64,000 bases of DNA from Limnochordia bacterium. Its GTDB lineage: Bacteria > Bacillota > Limnochordia > DTU080. The notes beneath the pieces were generated by a model. The model was given only the letters and a program-made list of their open reading frames with translations, searched no databases and was not told the origin of the DNA. The translations under genes and the position numbers were made by a program. Position 1 is the stretch's first letter; each line of letters starts with the position of its first letter. Shown here in pieces: positions 10,096-21,032 of the stretch. Where the stretch lies: contig JBMNJG010000002.1 of the NCBI GenBank assembly GCA_050951545.1, forward strand, positions 160,001 through 224,000, read 5' to 3'.

Positions 10096-10839
10096 ATGAA
10101 AAGGGTGCATAGGCTGCTTGTCTGTGGGATGCTCTTCTCGCTGGCAATCCCGGCAGCTACCAGTGCCATGACGGCAGAGGAGATCATACTGCGCCGCGAC
10201 CGCAATGAGTACATCACCACGGCCATCGTTGAATCCGAGATGGTGATTGTCAGCGGCACTCGGAAGACCACCAAGACCATGACATCCTACGCCGAGGGCG
10301 ACAACGCCTTGGCTGAGTTTACTAACCCCCGGGATCGGGGAACCAAGTTTCTCAAGAGGGGCGACGAACTCTGGATGTTCTTCCCCGATGCTGAGGACCT
10401 AATCAGGATCTCTGGCCACATGCTCACCCAAGGGATGATGGGCAGCGACTTCTCCTACCAGGACCTGATGGAATCGGATAAGCTGACAGACCTATATCGC
10501 TTCAAGCTTCTCGGCGAGGAAAAGCTGGATGGTCGGCAGTGCTATGTGCTAGAGGGGGTCGCTGTGGAGGGCAAGGAGGTCTCGTATTACCGGCGGAAGT
10601 CCTGGGTGGACAAGGAACGGTTTGTGGGCCTCAGGGAGGAGCTCTACGCCCGTAGCGGGCGGCTACTCAAGGTGATGACCGCTTCAGCCGTGAAGCAGTT
10701 CGGGAACCGATGGTACCCGGTGGAGTCGGTGATGGTAGATAAGCTGCGTAGGAACACCAGAACCGAGTTTCGGGTGAAGTCCATTCAGTTCAACCCCAAG
10801 ATCCCAGCCGGAACATTCACCTTGGAGAAGCTGCGGTAA
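10096..10839 (+). CDS. Outer membrane lipoprotein-sorting protein (LolA-like)
   Basis: Signal peptide; PRDRGTKFLKRGDELWMFFP, MMGSDFSYQDL, YARSGRLLK; operon context. Confidence 0.85.
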   Translation: MKRVHRLLVCGMLFSLAIPAATSAMTAEEIILRRDRNEYITTAIVESEMVIVSGTRKTTKTMTSYAEGDNALAEFTNPRDRGTKFLKRGDELWMFFPDAEDLIRISGHMLTQGMMGSDFSYQDLMESDKLTDLYRFKLLGEEKLDGRQCYVLEGVAVEGKEVSYYRRKSWVDKERFVGLREELYARSGRLLKVMTASAVKQFGNRWYPVESVMVDKLRRNTRTEFRVKSIQFNPKIPAGTFTLEKLR

Positions 10840-10870
10840 TTGCCGTGTTTATTGGATCGCGGCGGAGGGA

Positions 10871-12001
10871 GTGTCACAGATGCGTAAGCGATTGCGGCTG
10901 GGGTTCGTCGTACTGCTGGTATTGGCGGCCTTATCTCCAGGAGCTATCGCCCTGGAGGCCGGGGGAGAGGTGAAAGCCCTCTGGTCTGCGGTGCTGAAGG
11001 ATGGCAGTGATTTTGATAGTGAGCTGGCCGAGAGTTTCAATCTGGAGCTGTTTCTGCCTCCCCTGGGTGAGAGTGAGCTGCGCTATGAGTTCCTGGTGAC
11101 CAAACCGCTGCAGGGTTTGCTTGCCGACGAGAAGGCCTTGTATTCCACGAAGAAATTGTATCTCAAACACAGGTTTGAGCGTCTCCATCTGACCCTGGGG
11201 CGGCAGCCGATCTCTTGGTCTTTTGGCTCTTTATTGAACCCGGTGGACTACACGCTAGGAGCGGTGGCCCTGAACGAGGAGAGCAGCAGCAAGTACACAG
11301 ACGCTGTAGCTCTCTATGTGCCGCTAAACTGGAACTCGGGGCTGGATCTCGTAGTGTCCTTCCCTGGAGGATTCAGTGCTGAGACGGACCGGATGAAACG
11401 GGGGGTGCGGGCGAGACTGGGGGTGTACGGCTATGATGTGACCCTTAACTACGTCGAGGAGGCTCCGGGTGGGGCTATCTCAGACTCGCTAGCGCTTGTC
11501 GCGATGCCTCGACAGAGGATGGGCCTCACAGCGAAAGGGGATGTGGGCAACTTCGGAGTCTACGGGGCCTTTGGGCACTACTACGACGAGCACTCAGGCA
11601 GCAGCAGGAGTTACCTGGCAGGGGCAGACTGGAGCTATAGTCTCGACTACAATACCAAGATTACCATGCAGCTGGAGTATCTGGGCCTAGAGCTTCACAG
11701 CTTCAGCCCAGCCGTTCTGGAGAAGCTACCAGGGATGCAGGGGTCAGACCAGCGCCTCGATCTGTTGGCAGGGCGGGCTAGCTATCCCATTGACGATTTC
11801 TCTGCGGTCTCGCTAGTGAGCATCTACAATCTTGATGACCGTAGCTTTCTTCTTGGCCCTTCGTACCGGAGTACACTCCCGCGCAACACAGATCTCATCC
11901 TGAGCGCCAGTGTTTTCTGTGGAAGAGAGCACACCCTGTTTGCTCCGGGTGAGCTGATGCCCCGGGCGGTTGTGTCGCTCGGGATGAGCTATGCCTTTTA
12001 G
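10871..12001 (+). CDS. Hypothetical secreted protein, probable outer-membrane beta-barrel
   Basis: Signal peptide, LTLGRQPISW, alternating beta-strand pattern, C-terminal Y-A-F; last gene of the Lol-like operon. Confidence 0.65.
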   Translation: MSQMRKRLRLGFVVLLVLAALSPGAIALEAGGEVKALWSAVLKDGSDFDSELAESFNLELFLPPLGESELRYEFLVTKPLQGLLADEKALYSTKKLYLKHRFERLHLTLGRQPISWSFGSLLNPVDYTLGAVALNEESSSKYTDAVALYVPLNWNSGLDLVVSFPGGFSAETDRMKRGVRARLGVYGYDVTLNYVEEAPGGAISDSLALVAMPRQRMGLTAKGDVGNFGVYGAFGHYYDEHSGSSRSYLAGADWSYSLDYNTKITMQLEYLGLELHSFSPAVLEKLPGMQGSDQRLDLLAGRASYPIDDFSAVSLVSIYNLDDRSFLLGPSYRSTLPRNTDLILSASVFCGREHTLFAPGELMPRAVVSLGMSYAF

Positions 12002-12042
12002 CTCACATTTCGCAGGTATGGAGGAAGGAGTGCAACCCCCTC

Positions 12043-12852
12043 CTAATGATGCTTGCTCGCCGCTTCCATCAACCGAATGAGACGGACCAGGCTCTCTAGC
12101 ATTTCTTTAGCTATCGTCTCACCTAGCTCTGCACTAGCTTGACTGGGATCGCCTAGAACTCCGATTTTGATCCTCTCATCTTGCCTGATGCGGGGCATCA
12201 CCATTGGGTGATCGACTGGCCTTTCGACTCTCTGGTAGGCGTCCTGGTCACTTCGCAGCATTTCCATGATCTCTTCCGAATCAGTCACTCGTTGCTCACG
12301 AACAAGGTCAGGACGCCAGTACAGCATCCGCGAGGTTTCAGAAGCACCCGCGTGAAAGTCCTTCTTCTTGAACAACTCCATCGAGGTTGGCGACAGGCCA
12401 CCAGCGACTAGTGCGATTTTCGCTTCTGCAAGTGACGGATGCGAACGTATGCTAATGTCGAGACCGTCACGAATGCCTCGTACGTTCTCAGATCCGCCGT
12501 GCCCTAAGAGAACGACGATGTTCTCAAACCCTTGCTGTGCAAGCGAAATGCAGATGTCATTGATCACTGCAGAGACAGTCTGCGGCGCAATGTTGATCGT
12601 TCCAAGGAGACCTCCCCCGGAGTAGCTGTAGGGCATGACAGGGGCCACAAGACAACCCGTAGCTCCCGACGCTGCCTTGGCGACCTCAGTGGCATTGAGG
12701 ATATCTGTGCACAGGGGTAGGTGCCATCCGTGTTGCTCGACACAACCGACTGGCAGAATGACGGTCTTGGTGGTCTTCATAGCTTCTTCAACATCCTTGA
12801 TGGTCATAGACTCCATCAACAACGGCTTGCCCGATGATGCCAATTCTGTCAT
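12043..12852 (-). CDS. Creatininase family amidohydrolase
   Basis: LPVGCVEQHGWHLPLCTD, GHGGSEN, HAGASETS, GVLGDP. Confidence 0.9.
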   Translation of the reverse strand: MTELASSGKPLLMESMTIKDVEEAMKTTKTVILPVGCVEQHGWHLPLCTDILNATEVAKAASGATGCLVAPVMPYSYSGGGLLGTINIAPQTVSAVINDICISLAQQGFENIVVLLGHGGSENVRGIRDGLDISIRSHPSLAEAKIALVAGGLSPTSMELFKKKDFHAGASETSRMLYWRPDLVREQRVTDSEEIMEMLRSDQDAYQRVERPVDHPMVMPRIRQDERIKIGVLGDPSQASAELGETIAKEMLESLVRLIRLMEAASKHH

Positions 12853-12943
12853 TTCTTTCGCTTCCTCGCATTCAGATGGAGCCCAGCTATCTCTTGGCTG
12901 GGCTCTGTGCTATGCATGTGGTGTACGGGCCAAAAGATGGGTG

Positions 12944-13597
12944 TTACTCGAATGTCGCTGTGGCGTAGGTGCTCAGGCTGTTCCACTCCCAGCCAGCCGG
13001 GAAGAAGATCTGGCCATCCCGGTCGCCACCGCTGGAGTCCGCATCGTCAGCCCCGAACGAAATCTGGAAGCTGGAACCACTGACCATCTTCTTGCCAATG
13101 CTGCTTTCCACAACAGATCTGGGGAAAGCAGCTTCAACAGTGTAGCCGCCAGCGGCTGGCACTAGTGCCGCCTTGACCTTACTGGCGTCTACGCCCATCC
13201 AGCTGTGTACGTAGACGTTCTTGCCGTTCTCAAGGGTGACACCGAACTGCTGGGACCCTAGCCAAAGCTCAGCACAGTCGGTCTGCCAGGTATTGGCCCC
13301 TGTTCTTTCCATGACGAGGACGTTGTCGATTATCCGGTAAGCCACATAGAGATTGTCGTCGTCGTAACCCACCATGAACCAGAGGCTGAGGTCATCATCG
13401 TTATCGACGCCAGCGCCAGCTGTTAGCCACAGTGAGCTAACGTAGTACCCGGGCATGCCAGCCCAGTCGGCCAGGTTTCCATCTATGGTTGGAGCCTTCG
13501 CGATCTTAGGGATGGAAACCGGTTCGCCCGCCGCCCAGACAGCGGATGTAAAAAGAAGTAGAATGACCGGTACTAGATAGACTGATTTACGAAGCAT
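12944..13597 (-). CDS. Secreted CBM9-like (DOMON-like) sugar-binding protein
   Basis: APTIDGNLADW, YDDDNLYVA, DCAELW, GYTVEAAFP. Confidence 0.75.
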   Translation of the reverse strand: MLRKSVYLVPVILLLFTSAVWAAGEPVSIPKIAKAPTIDGNLADWAGMPGYYVSSLWLTAGAGVDNDDDLSLWFMVGYDDDNLYVAYRIIDNVLVMERTGANTWQTDCAELWLGSQQFGVTLENGKNVYVHSWMGVDASKVKAALVPAAGGYTVEAAFPRSVVESSIGKKMVSGSSFQISFGADDADSSGGDRDGQIFFPAGWEWNSLSTYATATFE

Positions 13598-13755
13598 GAC
13601 TTATCCTCCCTTTGCGGAATATGGTAGTCGCTAGTAATGGTACAATTCCTGCACGGGGATTCCTGCATAGAGAGTATATTTCATGAGTGTCTGGGCTGAT
13701 ACTGAGCAATCGGCTCACGTAGCAGTGCAGCATATTCCTTTGCCACCTGCGGAAA

Positions 13756-13784
13756 TTGACACCCCTAACGGGCCATGTTACACT
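13756..13784 (+). promoter_or_regulatory. SigA promoter of tRNA-Ser
   Basis: TTGACA-17 bp-TACACT with extended -10 TG, 11 bp before the tRNA. Confidence 0.8.
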
Positions 13785-13795
13785 ACAAGAGTTCT

Positions 13796-13884
13796 GGAAG
13801 GGTGCCGGAGCGGCCGAACGGAGCGGTCTTGAAAACCGTCGCAGGTCACGCCTGCCGTGGGTTCAAATCCCACCCCTTCCGCCA
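13796..13884 (+). tRNA. tRNA-Ser(UGA)
   Basis: Acceptor stem GGAAGGG/CCCTTCC, anticodon loop CTTGAAA, long variable arm, GGTTCAAATCC, discriminator G and encoded CCA. Confidence 0.97.
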
Positions 13885-13888
13885 CAAA

Positions 13889-13937
13889 AGAAGGTCCAGA
13901 TCCAGGCTTCTGGCCCGGGGTCTGGGCTTCTTGCGTT
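13889..13937 (+). terminator. Hairpin downstream of the tRNA
   Basis: gaaggtccagatcc...gggtctgggcttc followed by T-rich bases. Confidence 0.55.
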
Positions 13938-14020
13938 GTTGGGGTGGGCTCCCAGTGATGCGGTTCCAGCAAGGGTAGTGCGCGCATTCTCCCCCTTCTT
14001 CTTCCTCCACTCTGACCCTG

Positions 14021-15826
14021 TCACTCCGGGGCGACATCGTTCGACGAAGCGGCGCTGTGGTCTCCGCTGTACCACAGGTTCTGTATCTCCTGGGAGCACT
14101 CCAGCAACTCGGCGAGCGTTCCCTGCGCTTCCACTCGGCCATCCTTGAGCACGATGATCTGGTCAGCACGTCGCAGGGCTGCCTTACGGTGTGAGACCAC
14201 AAGGCATGTCGTGTCGCGTTTCTCGAATACCCGATCCCATAGTGTCTGTTCGGTCTCGACATCTAGCGCACTGGATAGATCGTCGAAGACCAGCAGGTCC
14301 GGATCGCGCACAAACATGCGAGCCGCGGCCGTACGTTGCATCTGGCCTCCAGAGAGCTTGACCCCCTTGGGGCCAACTCGCGTCGCCAACCCCTCTTCGA
14401 GCTGCGCTAGGTCATCCTCTAGTACTGCCAAACGCAACGCTGACGTGATGGAGCAATCATCTGCCGGCAAACCCATCAGTATGTTGTCACGAAGAGTGTC
14501 GCTAAACAGCCGGGGAACTTGCGCAGTGTAGGCTGCTCGCGGCGCCACGAGAAACGTACCAGGATCCTCCACGACGGCTTGGTTCCAGCTAATCTCTCCC
14601 TTGCCCCGGGGCAACAGACCTAAGAGAACGCGTAGCAGTGTAGTCTTGCCCGAGCCGTTCCTACCCGTCACCACAGTGAACGAGCCGCGCCTAAGGGTAA
14701 ACGATACGCCCCAAACGCCATTGCTCGTGCCCGGATACACGTAGGTAAGGTTGTTGGCCGTTAGCTCCTCAAGCCGGCCCGTGTTTTCCTGTTTCTCATA
14801 GTGCACGTCAGGCAACGTACCGTCCAAGTAGATGGGAGTGAAATCCACCAGTTCTTGGGGCCGAGCTCCTTCCATCAGACGCACCATACGTTCCACTGAG
14901 ACACCTATCTGCTTGTATCTGGCCACGAGCAGCCCCGAGAAAGTGGTCAGTTCACTGATGTAGTCGAGATAGAAGACGAATAGCGCAAGGTCACCGACCG
15001 AGAAGGCGTCCTGTTGCATAGCCCTGCCAGCCAGGACCAAGATCACCCCAGTACCTACACTAATCGCGTTACGAAAGATCGAGCTCAGGACCTCGTTGAA
15101 GAGGCGATCGCGTACCGCCACTTTTCGCCGGGCATCGTTTAGCTGCCGAAACTGGGCAAGGACGTTCTCTTCCGCCGTACCGACCTTTACCGCCTGCGCG
15201 GCACCGAACAGCTCAGCGATGAACCCAGTGACGACCCCGGTCGCCCGTCGGCTCTCCCGTCGATAGAGTTCGACGCGATTGGAGGCTAGGTTAGCAACCA
15301 CCCCTACTAGGATAAACGGTACGATCGCAACTGCAGTGATAGCAGCGTTAATCCGACACATGACTATCACGGCAACCGCAGCGAACCAAATCAGGCCTTG
15401 TAGGTCGTTCAGCCACAGTGCAAACAGGGGGATCTCGAAGACATCTCCGCGGAAGCGGCTAGTCGCCTCGCCTGGGGAGTCTGGCAGGGCGCACGCACCA
15501 GGCCTGCGTAGAATCTGCCTGAGGAGGTTACGCCGGAGCAAGGTCATCGTGTGTACGAAGAAGGGCACGTTGGTTCGCACCAGCCCAAGCACACCGGACA
15601 GCTGAACCACTTCCCCCATAAGCAGGATAGCGGCAAGCGTCCAGACATTTGGACCCGCCGAGGCCCCGCCAGATAGCAGATTAAGGAACTCCCGCGTGGC
15701 TAGACCCGGTATCTGGCATGCGAGCATCAGGACTAGCATAGAGCCCAGATTCTGCAACCATAGCCAGGGTCTAAAGCAGACCATCGCCCAGATCACCTGC
15801 CAGGCTTTCAACGGCATCTCTCTCAT
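14021..15826 (-). CDS. ABC exporter, fused permease/ATPase (heterodimer subunit 2)
   Basis: N-terminal TM domain; [29 protein letters not shown]. Confidence 0.93.
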   Translation of the reverse strand: MREMPLKAWQVIWAMVCFRPWLWLQNLGSMLVLMLACQIPGLATREFLNLLSGGASAGPNVWTLAAILLMGEVVQLSGVLGLVRTNVPFFVHTMTLLRRNLLRQILRRPGACALPDSPGEATSRFRGDVFEIPLFALWLNDLQGLIWFAAVAVIVMCRINAAITAVAIVPFILVGVVANLASNRVELYRRESRRATGVVTGFIAELFGAAQAVKVGTAEENVLAQFRQLNDARRKVAVRDRLFNEVLSSIFRNAISVGTGVILVLAGRAMQQDAFSVGDLALFVFYLDYISELTTFSGLLVARYKQIGVSVERMVRLMEGARPQELVDFTPIYLDGTLPDVHYEKQENTGRLEELTANNLTYVYPGTSNGVWGVSFTLRRGSFTVVTGRNGSGKTTLLRVLLGLLPRGKGEISWNQAVVEDPGTFLVAPRAAYTAQVPRLFSDTLRDNILMGLPADDCSITSALRLAVLEDDLAQLEEGLATRVGPKGVKLSGGQMQRTAAARMFVRDPDLLVFDDLSSALDVETEQTLWDRVFEKRDTTCLVVSHRKAALRRADQIIVLKDGRVEAQGTLAELLECSQEIQNLWYSGDHSAASSNDVAPE

Positions 15827-17568
15827 GCCAGCAACTCCTCCAGTCCTGTCTGATGTAGGCCGTGGAAACGGGAAGTTGGTTCGTCTAGCAAGCGTCGGCG
15901 TTCACCATATTCGGCTATTCGGCCACCATCTAGGATAAGGATGTCGTCAGACCGATGAACAGTACCTAGGCGGTGGGCAATAATGATCGCGGTCCGTCCT
16001 CTGAGCAGCCGGTCAATGGCGGTCTCCACTAGATGCTCCGTAGCAGGATCTAGCCGCGAGGACGCCTCATCAAGGACCACTAGGCCCGGGTCACGCAAGA
16101 ACACTCTTGTCAGCGCCAGCAACTGTGCCTCTCCTGCTGACAGGCTTCGCCCACCACTTCGGAGGCGGGTATCCAATCCATCGGGTAACTGCTGGAGCCA
16201 GTCAGATAGCCCAAGCTCACCCATGACTTCCAGGATGCGCTCATCTGATACGGTTCGGTCAAACAGCGTGATATTATCCCGTACGCTTGCCTGGAAGAGC
16301 TGGACATCCTGGGTCACGTAGGCAACACGCTGCCTGAGCTCTCGTAGCCGGGCTTGTTTCACATCGTTTCCGTTGACATACACACTCCCGGATACTGGAT
16401 CGTAGAGTCGGAAGATCAGCCGGGCGACGGTGGTTTTGCCTCCACCGGTACGCCCCAGTAGCCCCAATACCTTGCCCGCCTCAAGGCGAAAGGAGATGCC
16501 GTGCAGCACTCCCTTGTTCTCCGTATAGGCGAAAGACACGTCGCGAAACTCAAGACCCAGGGCTCCTTCTGAGAAGCCCACACCAGGCCCATCAGTGATA
16601 GTGCTCTGCTGCTCAAGTAGCTCCGACATACGTTGCACGGTAGCCCCAATGGTCTGCAAGCTCTCCATCTGCTGCGTAAGCTGCTGAATGGGCCTGGAGA
16701 TGAGATTCACGTAGTGCAACACGACGTAGACCGTCCCCAAGCTGATCCGACCATTTCTACTCAGGAAGAAGCTCAGAACCATGGCGAACCCGAAACCGGC
16801 CTTCATGAGCAGGCCGGAGGTGGTCCAGATACCCATCTGCATCAAGCTGGCCTTTCTCCAGCGCTGCAGTATTACCGTCTGTAGCTCATAGAGCTTCCGG
16901 ATGACGTAATCCACGGCTCCGCAGGAGCGGATGTCCTCGGTACCAGCCAGTCTCTCTTCGAGGAAAGCGAACAGATCGGTTTCCGCCTCCCTGCGTGCCT
17001 TCTGGTGTGGAACAGCGATACCCCGGACCAGTGCCAAGCCTACCAGTGTTACCATGGAGTAGGCAGCAAACGCGATTCCTAGGGGCCAATCCAGGAAGGT
17101 CAGGGCCAGCAAAACACCGACGAGTAGCAGCACATTTCCGACTATCCGCAAGACCAGCTGCGAGAAAAAGGTGGAGAACTCCAGCACATCGGTCTCGATC
17201 CGTTCGATGAACTCTCCTGGACTCTTCTCTGTGTGAAAGCTCATGTCAAGGGCAAGGCAATGCCTGGCCAAATCCTCGCGCAAGGCGTTTGTGGCGTGCC
17301 ACGCGACGGATTCGCCCATGTACGTCGCCCCTACCCCCAGAACCTGATGAAGGAGGGCCATACCAAGAAACAGCCCAGCTGCCCAGCCAAGCGTCTGTGT
17401 GGCATCGCCAGAGGTAGCTGCGTCGATGAAGTAGCGCATGACCTGTGGGTTGACCACCTGCAGACCGATGCTGCCAAGCATCAAGACAGCAAGACCTGCA
17501 AAACGCCATCGCTGATCGCTGAGGTACTTGGCTAGAACGTTGTAGTACTGCCTGATTGACACGTTCAT
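15823..17568 (-). CDS. ABC exporter, fused permease/ATPase (heterodimer subunit 1)
   Basis: [27 protein letters not shown]; 4-bp overlap with the partner gene. Confidence 0.93.
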   Translation of the reverse strand: MNVSIRQYYNVLAKYLSDQRWRFAGLAVLMLGSIGLQVVNPQVMRYFIDAATSGDATQTLGWAAGLFLGMALLHQVLGVGATYMGESVAWHATNALREDLARHCLALDMSFHTEKSPGEFIERIETDVLEFSTFFSQLVLRIVGNVLLLVGVLLALTFLDWPLGIAFAAYSMVTLVGLALVRGIAVPHQKARREAETDLFAFLEERLAGTEDIRSCGAVDYVIRKLYELQTVILQRWRKASLMQMGIWTTSGLLMKAGFGFAMVLSFFLSRNGRISLGTVYVVLHYVNLISRPIQQLTQQMESLQTIGATVQRMSELLEQQSTITDGPGVGFSEGALGLEFRDVSFAYTENKGVLHGISFRLEAGKVLGLLGRTGGGKTTVARLIFRLYDPVSGSVYVNGNDVKQARLRELRQRVAYVTQDVQLFQASVRDNITLFDRTVSDERILEVMGELGLSDWLQQLPDGLDTRLRSGGRSLSAGEAQLLALTRVFLRDPGLVVLDEASSRLDPATEHLVETAIDRLLRGRTAIIIAHRLGTVHRSDDILILDGGRIAEYGERRRLLDEPTSRFHGLHQTGLEELLA

Positions 17569-17640
17569 TAGGCCATCATCTTCCTTGGGATAATGTTGCC
17601 TGGGAGGTCAGTGGGGTCGGGGAGTTGCGGCGGACAACGC

Positions 17641-17680
17641 AAAAAAGCTGCAACCGGATAGATGGTGTCCGATATGCAGC
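17641..17680 (-). terminator. Intrinsic terminator inside the 5' leader of the ABC exporter operon
   Basis: Minus strand GCTGCA-tatCGGA...TCCG-gt-TGCAGC-TTTTTT, about 70 nt before the first ATG. Confidence 0.75.
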
Positions 17681-17843
17681 CGTCGGATGTGTCGATAGCG
17701 TCAGCCCTGGCAGACGGTCGCATCAGGTGCCTAAGCATGTCTCATCAGGCGGACTAACATCGGGCACTGGCATTCCCAGACCAGACCTCTTCAGCACGTG
17801 GAGAAGCTACGGGAGACACTCCCTATCGCTAATGCTGAGGCAC

Positions 17844-17873
17844 CTAGCCAGCAACCACCAGAACCCTGATCAT
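17844..17873 (-). CDS. Putative leader peptide MIRVLVVAG
   Basis: Strong RBS AAGGAGG just upstream; lies between the promoter and the leader terminator. Confidence 0.6.
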   Translation of the reverse strand: MIRVLVVAG

Positions 17874-17901
17874 GTCAGTCCCTCCTTGAAGCAACAAGCG
17901 A

Positions 17902-17931
17902 ATATTAGCACGCTTGGCCCCTGGGTGTCAA
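17902..17931 (-). promoter_or_regulatory. SigA promoter of the leader/ABC exporter operon
   Basis: Minus strand TTGACA-18 bp-TAATAT with TG extension. Confidence 0.7.
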
Positions 17932-18269
17932 TATTCCTTTACCTATTGGATCATGTCAACCTACTGCAGCATTCGGTGACGGGATATCCTCACCCTTGGT
18001 TTCCACCTAGAACGCGTTTGCCAGCGGTCTTCCTAAGCCTTCGGGCGTCATACCTACATGACAGCAAGAGTGCCAGGCCTTTCAGAGATTATTGGGGGGC
18101 AAGCCCTGCCGTTCCGGTGTCACAAGCATCGCGTGCCGCGATCGGCGCGTACTGTGACTTGGCCAGTTTTACATAACCTAAGGCTGTTGGATAGGAAGGA
18201 TTTGCCATACTCTGAATGGAACGCACCCATATGCGTGATGTAACGGGTAGGGGGTCGGACGGAGCATTG

Positions 18270-21032
18270 ATGGGATCGAACCAACATCCCGAACAGAGGG
18301 CTCGAGACCGAATCGACCACCTCCTCACTGAGGCTGGTTGGCAGCTGCAGTCGAGGGATTCTGTAAACGTCTACTCTTCCCTCGGCGTCGCTGTGCGTGA
18401 GCTACATACGACCGAGGGCCCAGCTGATTACGTCCTGTTCGTCGACAGTCAGCCTGTTGGCGTGATTGAAGCTAAGAAGGAAGAGGAGGGGTTTCGGCTC
18501 ACTGTCCACGAGGATCAAACCGAGGGTTACAGAACCAGCACAATTAAGCTACTTGACCACAGCAAGCCTCTTCGGTTTGGCTATGAGTCCACGGGTGAGC
18601 TCACGCGCTTCACCGATTACCATGATCCGAAGCCAAGATCACGCCCCGTCTTTGCTTTCCACAGGCCAGAGACCTTGCGTCGCTGGATAAGCGAGCCGAA
18701 GACACTCCGTGCCCGTCTACACGATCTTCCTACGTTGGATCCGGAGGGGCTTCGCAAGTGTCAGTTCAGGGGGATCAACAACCTGGACGTGTCCTTCCGC
18801 GACGCCAAGCCCCGGGCGCTGATTCAGATGGCCACAGGGGCGGGAAAGACGTATACGGCTATCACCTTTATCTACCGGCTGCTGAAGTTCGCCAAGGCCC
18901 GCCGGGTCTTGTTTCTGGTTGACACACTAAACCTTGGTGAGCAGGCTGAACAGGCATTCATGGCCTATGAACCCAAAGATGATAACCGCATGTTTACCGA
19001 CCTCTACAAGGTGCAGAGGCTAACTTCTCGCTACATCGCTCCTGACTCTAACGTCTGCATATCGACGATTCAACGGATGTACTCCATTCTCAAGGGCGAG
19101 GAGCTTGATCCCGCAGATGAAGAGACGCATCCAGCGGAACGAGTGCTGCCAGCAGGACCGTTGCCGGTGGTATACAACGACACTGTTCCACCAGAGCACT
19201 TCGACTTCATCGTCATAGATGAGTGCCATCGCTCCATCTATAACGTATGGCAACAGGTCCTTGAGTACTTCGATGCTTTTCAGATCGGGCTTACTGCTAC
19301 CCCAGACAAGCGGACGTTTGCCTACTTTCACGAGAACGTGGTGAGTGAGTATCCATACGAGCAATCAGTCGCCGACGGAGTGAACGTAGGTTATGATATC
19401 TACCGCATCGAAACTCGCATCACTCAGAGCGGCGGTGTCATCAAAAGCGATGGAGGTTTCGTGGTTGTCAGAGACAAACTGACCCGCCGCCAGGGATGGC
19501 AAGAGCCCGACGAGGATATTACCTACACTGGCAAGCAGCTGGATCGGGATGTTGTTAACCCCAGCCAGATTCGTACCATCATCCGAACGTTCAAAGAACG
19601 CCTCCCTGAGCTGTTCCCCGGTCGCAAGGAGGCGCCGAAAACACTTATCTTCGCCAAGGACGATTCTCATGCTGACGACATCGTTCAGATTGTCCGGGAG
19701 GAATTCGGCGAGGGCAATGCGTTCTGCAAGAAGATCACTTACCGGGCGGACGACCCCAAGGGCAACCTGATCGAACTGCGCAACAACTACAACCCCAGGA
19801 TTGCTGTCACTGTGGACATGATTGCTACAGGGACTGACGTCAAGCCCCTGGAGTGCCTCATCTTTATGCGGGATGTCCGCAGTCGTAGCTACTTCGAGCA
19901 GATGAAAGGGCGAGGCTGTCGTACCATAGACCCTGACGACCTGAAAAAGGTGTCCCCTTCAGCCGCTCTCGGGAAGTCGCATTTCATTGTGGTCGATGCT
20001 GTCGGCGTTACCACGTCACTTAAGACTGACTCTCGTCCCCTTGAGAGAAAGCCTCGTGTCCCGTTCAAGGACCTGGTGGATGCCATAGCCCTAGGTAGGA
20101 TCGATGAAGATACCTTCGTCTCTGTCGCAGGTCGGCTGGCCAAGCTTAACATGCAGATTACTCCGAAGCAGCGGAAGGAATACGTTGAGCTCAGCGGGGG
20201 GAAGTCGATCGAGGATCTTACGAGTGGTCTTCTGAAGGCCCACGACCCAGACACCATAGAACAGGTGGCACGAGAAAGGTTCAATCTGGGGCCTAACGTG
20301 GAGCCGACCGAAGAGCAGAGAGATGAGGCTCAGAGGGAGCTTGCTAGAGAGGTCGCGAAGACGCTGACGCCTCAGGTCCGGCAGTTTCTTGAGTCAGCTC
20401 GGAAAGCCGTTGAGCAGATTATAGATAACAGAAACATAGACGAGGTTACCGACGAGGGATGGGACAAGGAGTCGGTGGTCAACGCTGAGCAGGTGATAGC
20501 CGATTTCCGCGCCTACCTAGAGCAGCACAAGGATGAGATCACTGCCCTGCGGATCTTCTATGATCAGCCCTACAGACTTCGAGAGCTTACCCTTGACATG
20601 GTCAAAGAGGTGCTTGACCGCCTCAAGGCCGACCAGCCCGCCCTTGCTCCAGTACGCATCTGGAATGCCTACACGCAACTTGAAGAGAACGTTCCCACCT
20701 GTCCAAAGAACGAGCTCGTGGCTCTTGTCTCGCTACTGCGGCGCATCGTCGGGCTTGACCAAAAGCTCACGAGCTTTGAAGCAGTCGCTCGCCAGCGCTT
20801 CCAGGACTGGGTGTTCACTCGACACCATGGCGACGCTCCGAAGTTCACCGAGGAGCAGATGCACTGGTTACATATGGTTCGCGATCACATCGTCACGAGC
20901 TTCCACATCACCGCCGATGACTTGGAGCTAGCCCCCTTCAATGGGCAGGGCGGCCTAGGCAGGTTCTACCAGCTGTTTGGAGGAGAGTACGAGGAGATCC
21001 TTGAAGAGCTTAACGAGGTGTTGGTGGCGTGA
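18270..21032 (+). CDS. hsdR: Type I restriction enzyme R subunit
   Basis: PADYVL..GVIEAK nuclease motif, MATGAGKT, DECHRS, LTATP, QMKGRG; EcoEI-like C-terminus. Confidence 0.95.
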   Translation: MGSNQHPEQRARDRIDHLLTEAGWQLQSRDSVNVYSSLGVAVRELHTTEGPADYVLFVDSQPVGVIEAKKEEEGFRLTVHEDQTEGYRTSTIKLLDHSKPLRFGYESTGELTRFTDYHDPKPRSRPVFAFHRPETLRRWISEPKTLRARLHDLPTLDPEGLRKCQFRGINNLDVSFRDAKPRALIQMATGAGKTYTAITFIYRLLKFAKARRVLFLVDTLNLGEQAEQAFMAYEPKDDNRMFTDLYKVQRLTSRYIAPDSNVCISTIQRMYSILKGEELDPADEETHPAERVLPAGPLPVVYNDTVPPEHFDFIVIDECHRSIYNVWQQVLEYFDAFQIGLTATPDKRTFAYFHENVVSEYPYEQSVADGVNVGYDIYRIETRITQSGGVIKSDGGFVVVRDKLTRRQGWQEPDEDITYTGKQLDRDVVNPSQIRTIIRTFKERLPELFPGRKEAPKTLIFAKDDSHADDIVQIVREEFGEGNAFCKKITYRADDPKGNLIELRNNYNPRIAVTVDMIATGTDVKPLECLIFMRDVRSRSYFEQMKGRGCRTIDPDDLKKVSPSAALGKSHFIVVDAVGVTTSLKTDSRPLERKPRVPFKDLVDAIALGRIDEDTFVSVAGRLAKLNMQITPKQRKEYVELSGGKSIEDLTSGLLKAHDPDTIEQVARERFNLGPNVEPTEEQRDEAQRELAREVAKTLTPQVRQFLESARKAVEQIIDNRNIDEVTDEGWDKESVVNAEQVIADFRAYLEQHKDEITALRIFYDQPYRLRELTLDMVKEVLDRLKADQPALAPVRIWNAYTQLEENVPTCPKNELVALVSLLRRIVGLDQKLTSFEAVARQRFQDWVFTRHHGDAPKFTEEQMHWLHMVRDHIVTSFHITADDLELAPFNGQGGLGRFYQLFGGEYEEILEELNEVLVA

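Noticed and set aside
13756-14262. Several short ORFs overlapping the tRNA
   Set aside because: Shadows of the tRNA, its terminator and the ABC gene end.
17556-18176. 206-aa plus-strand ORF
   Set aside because: Antisense to the promoter and leader; no recognisable protein features.
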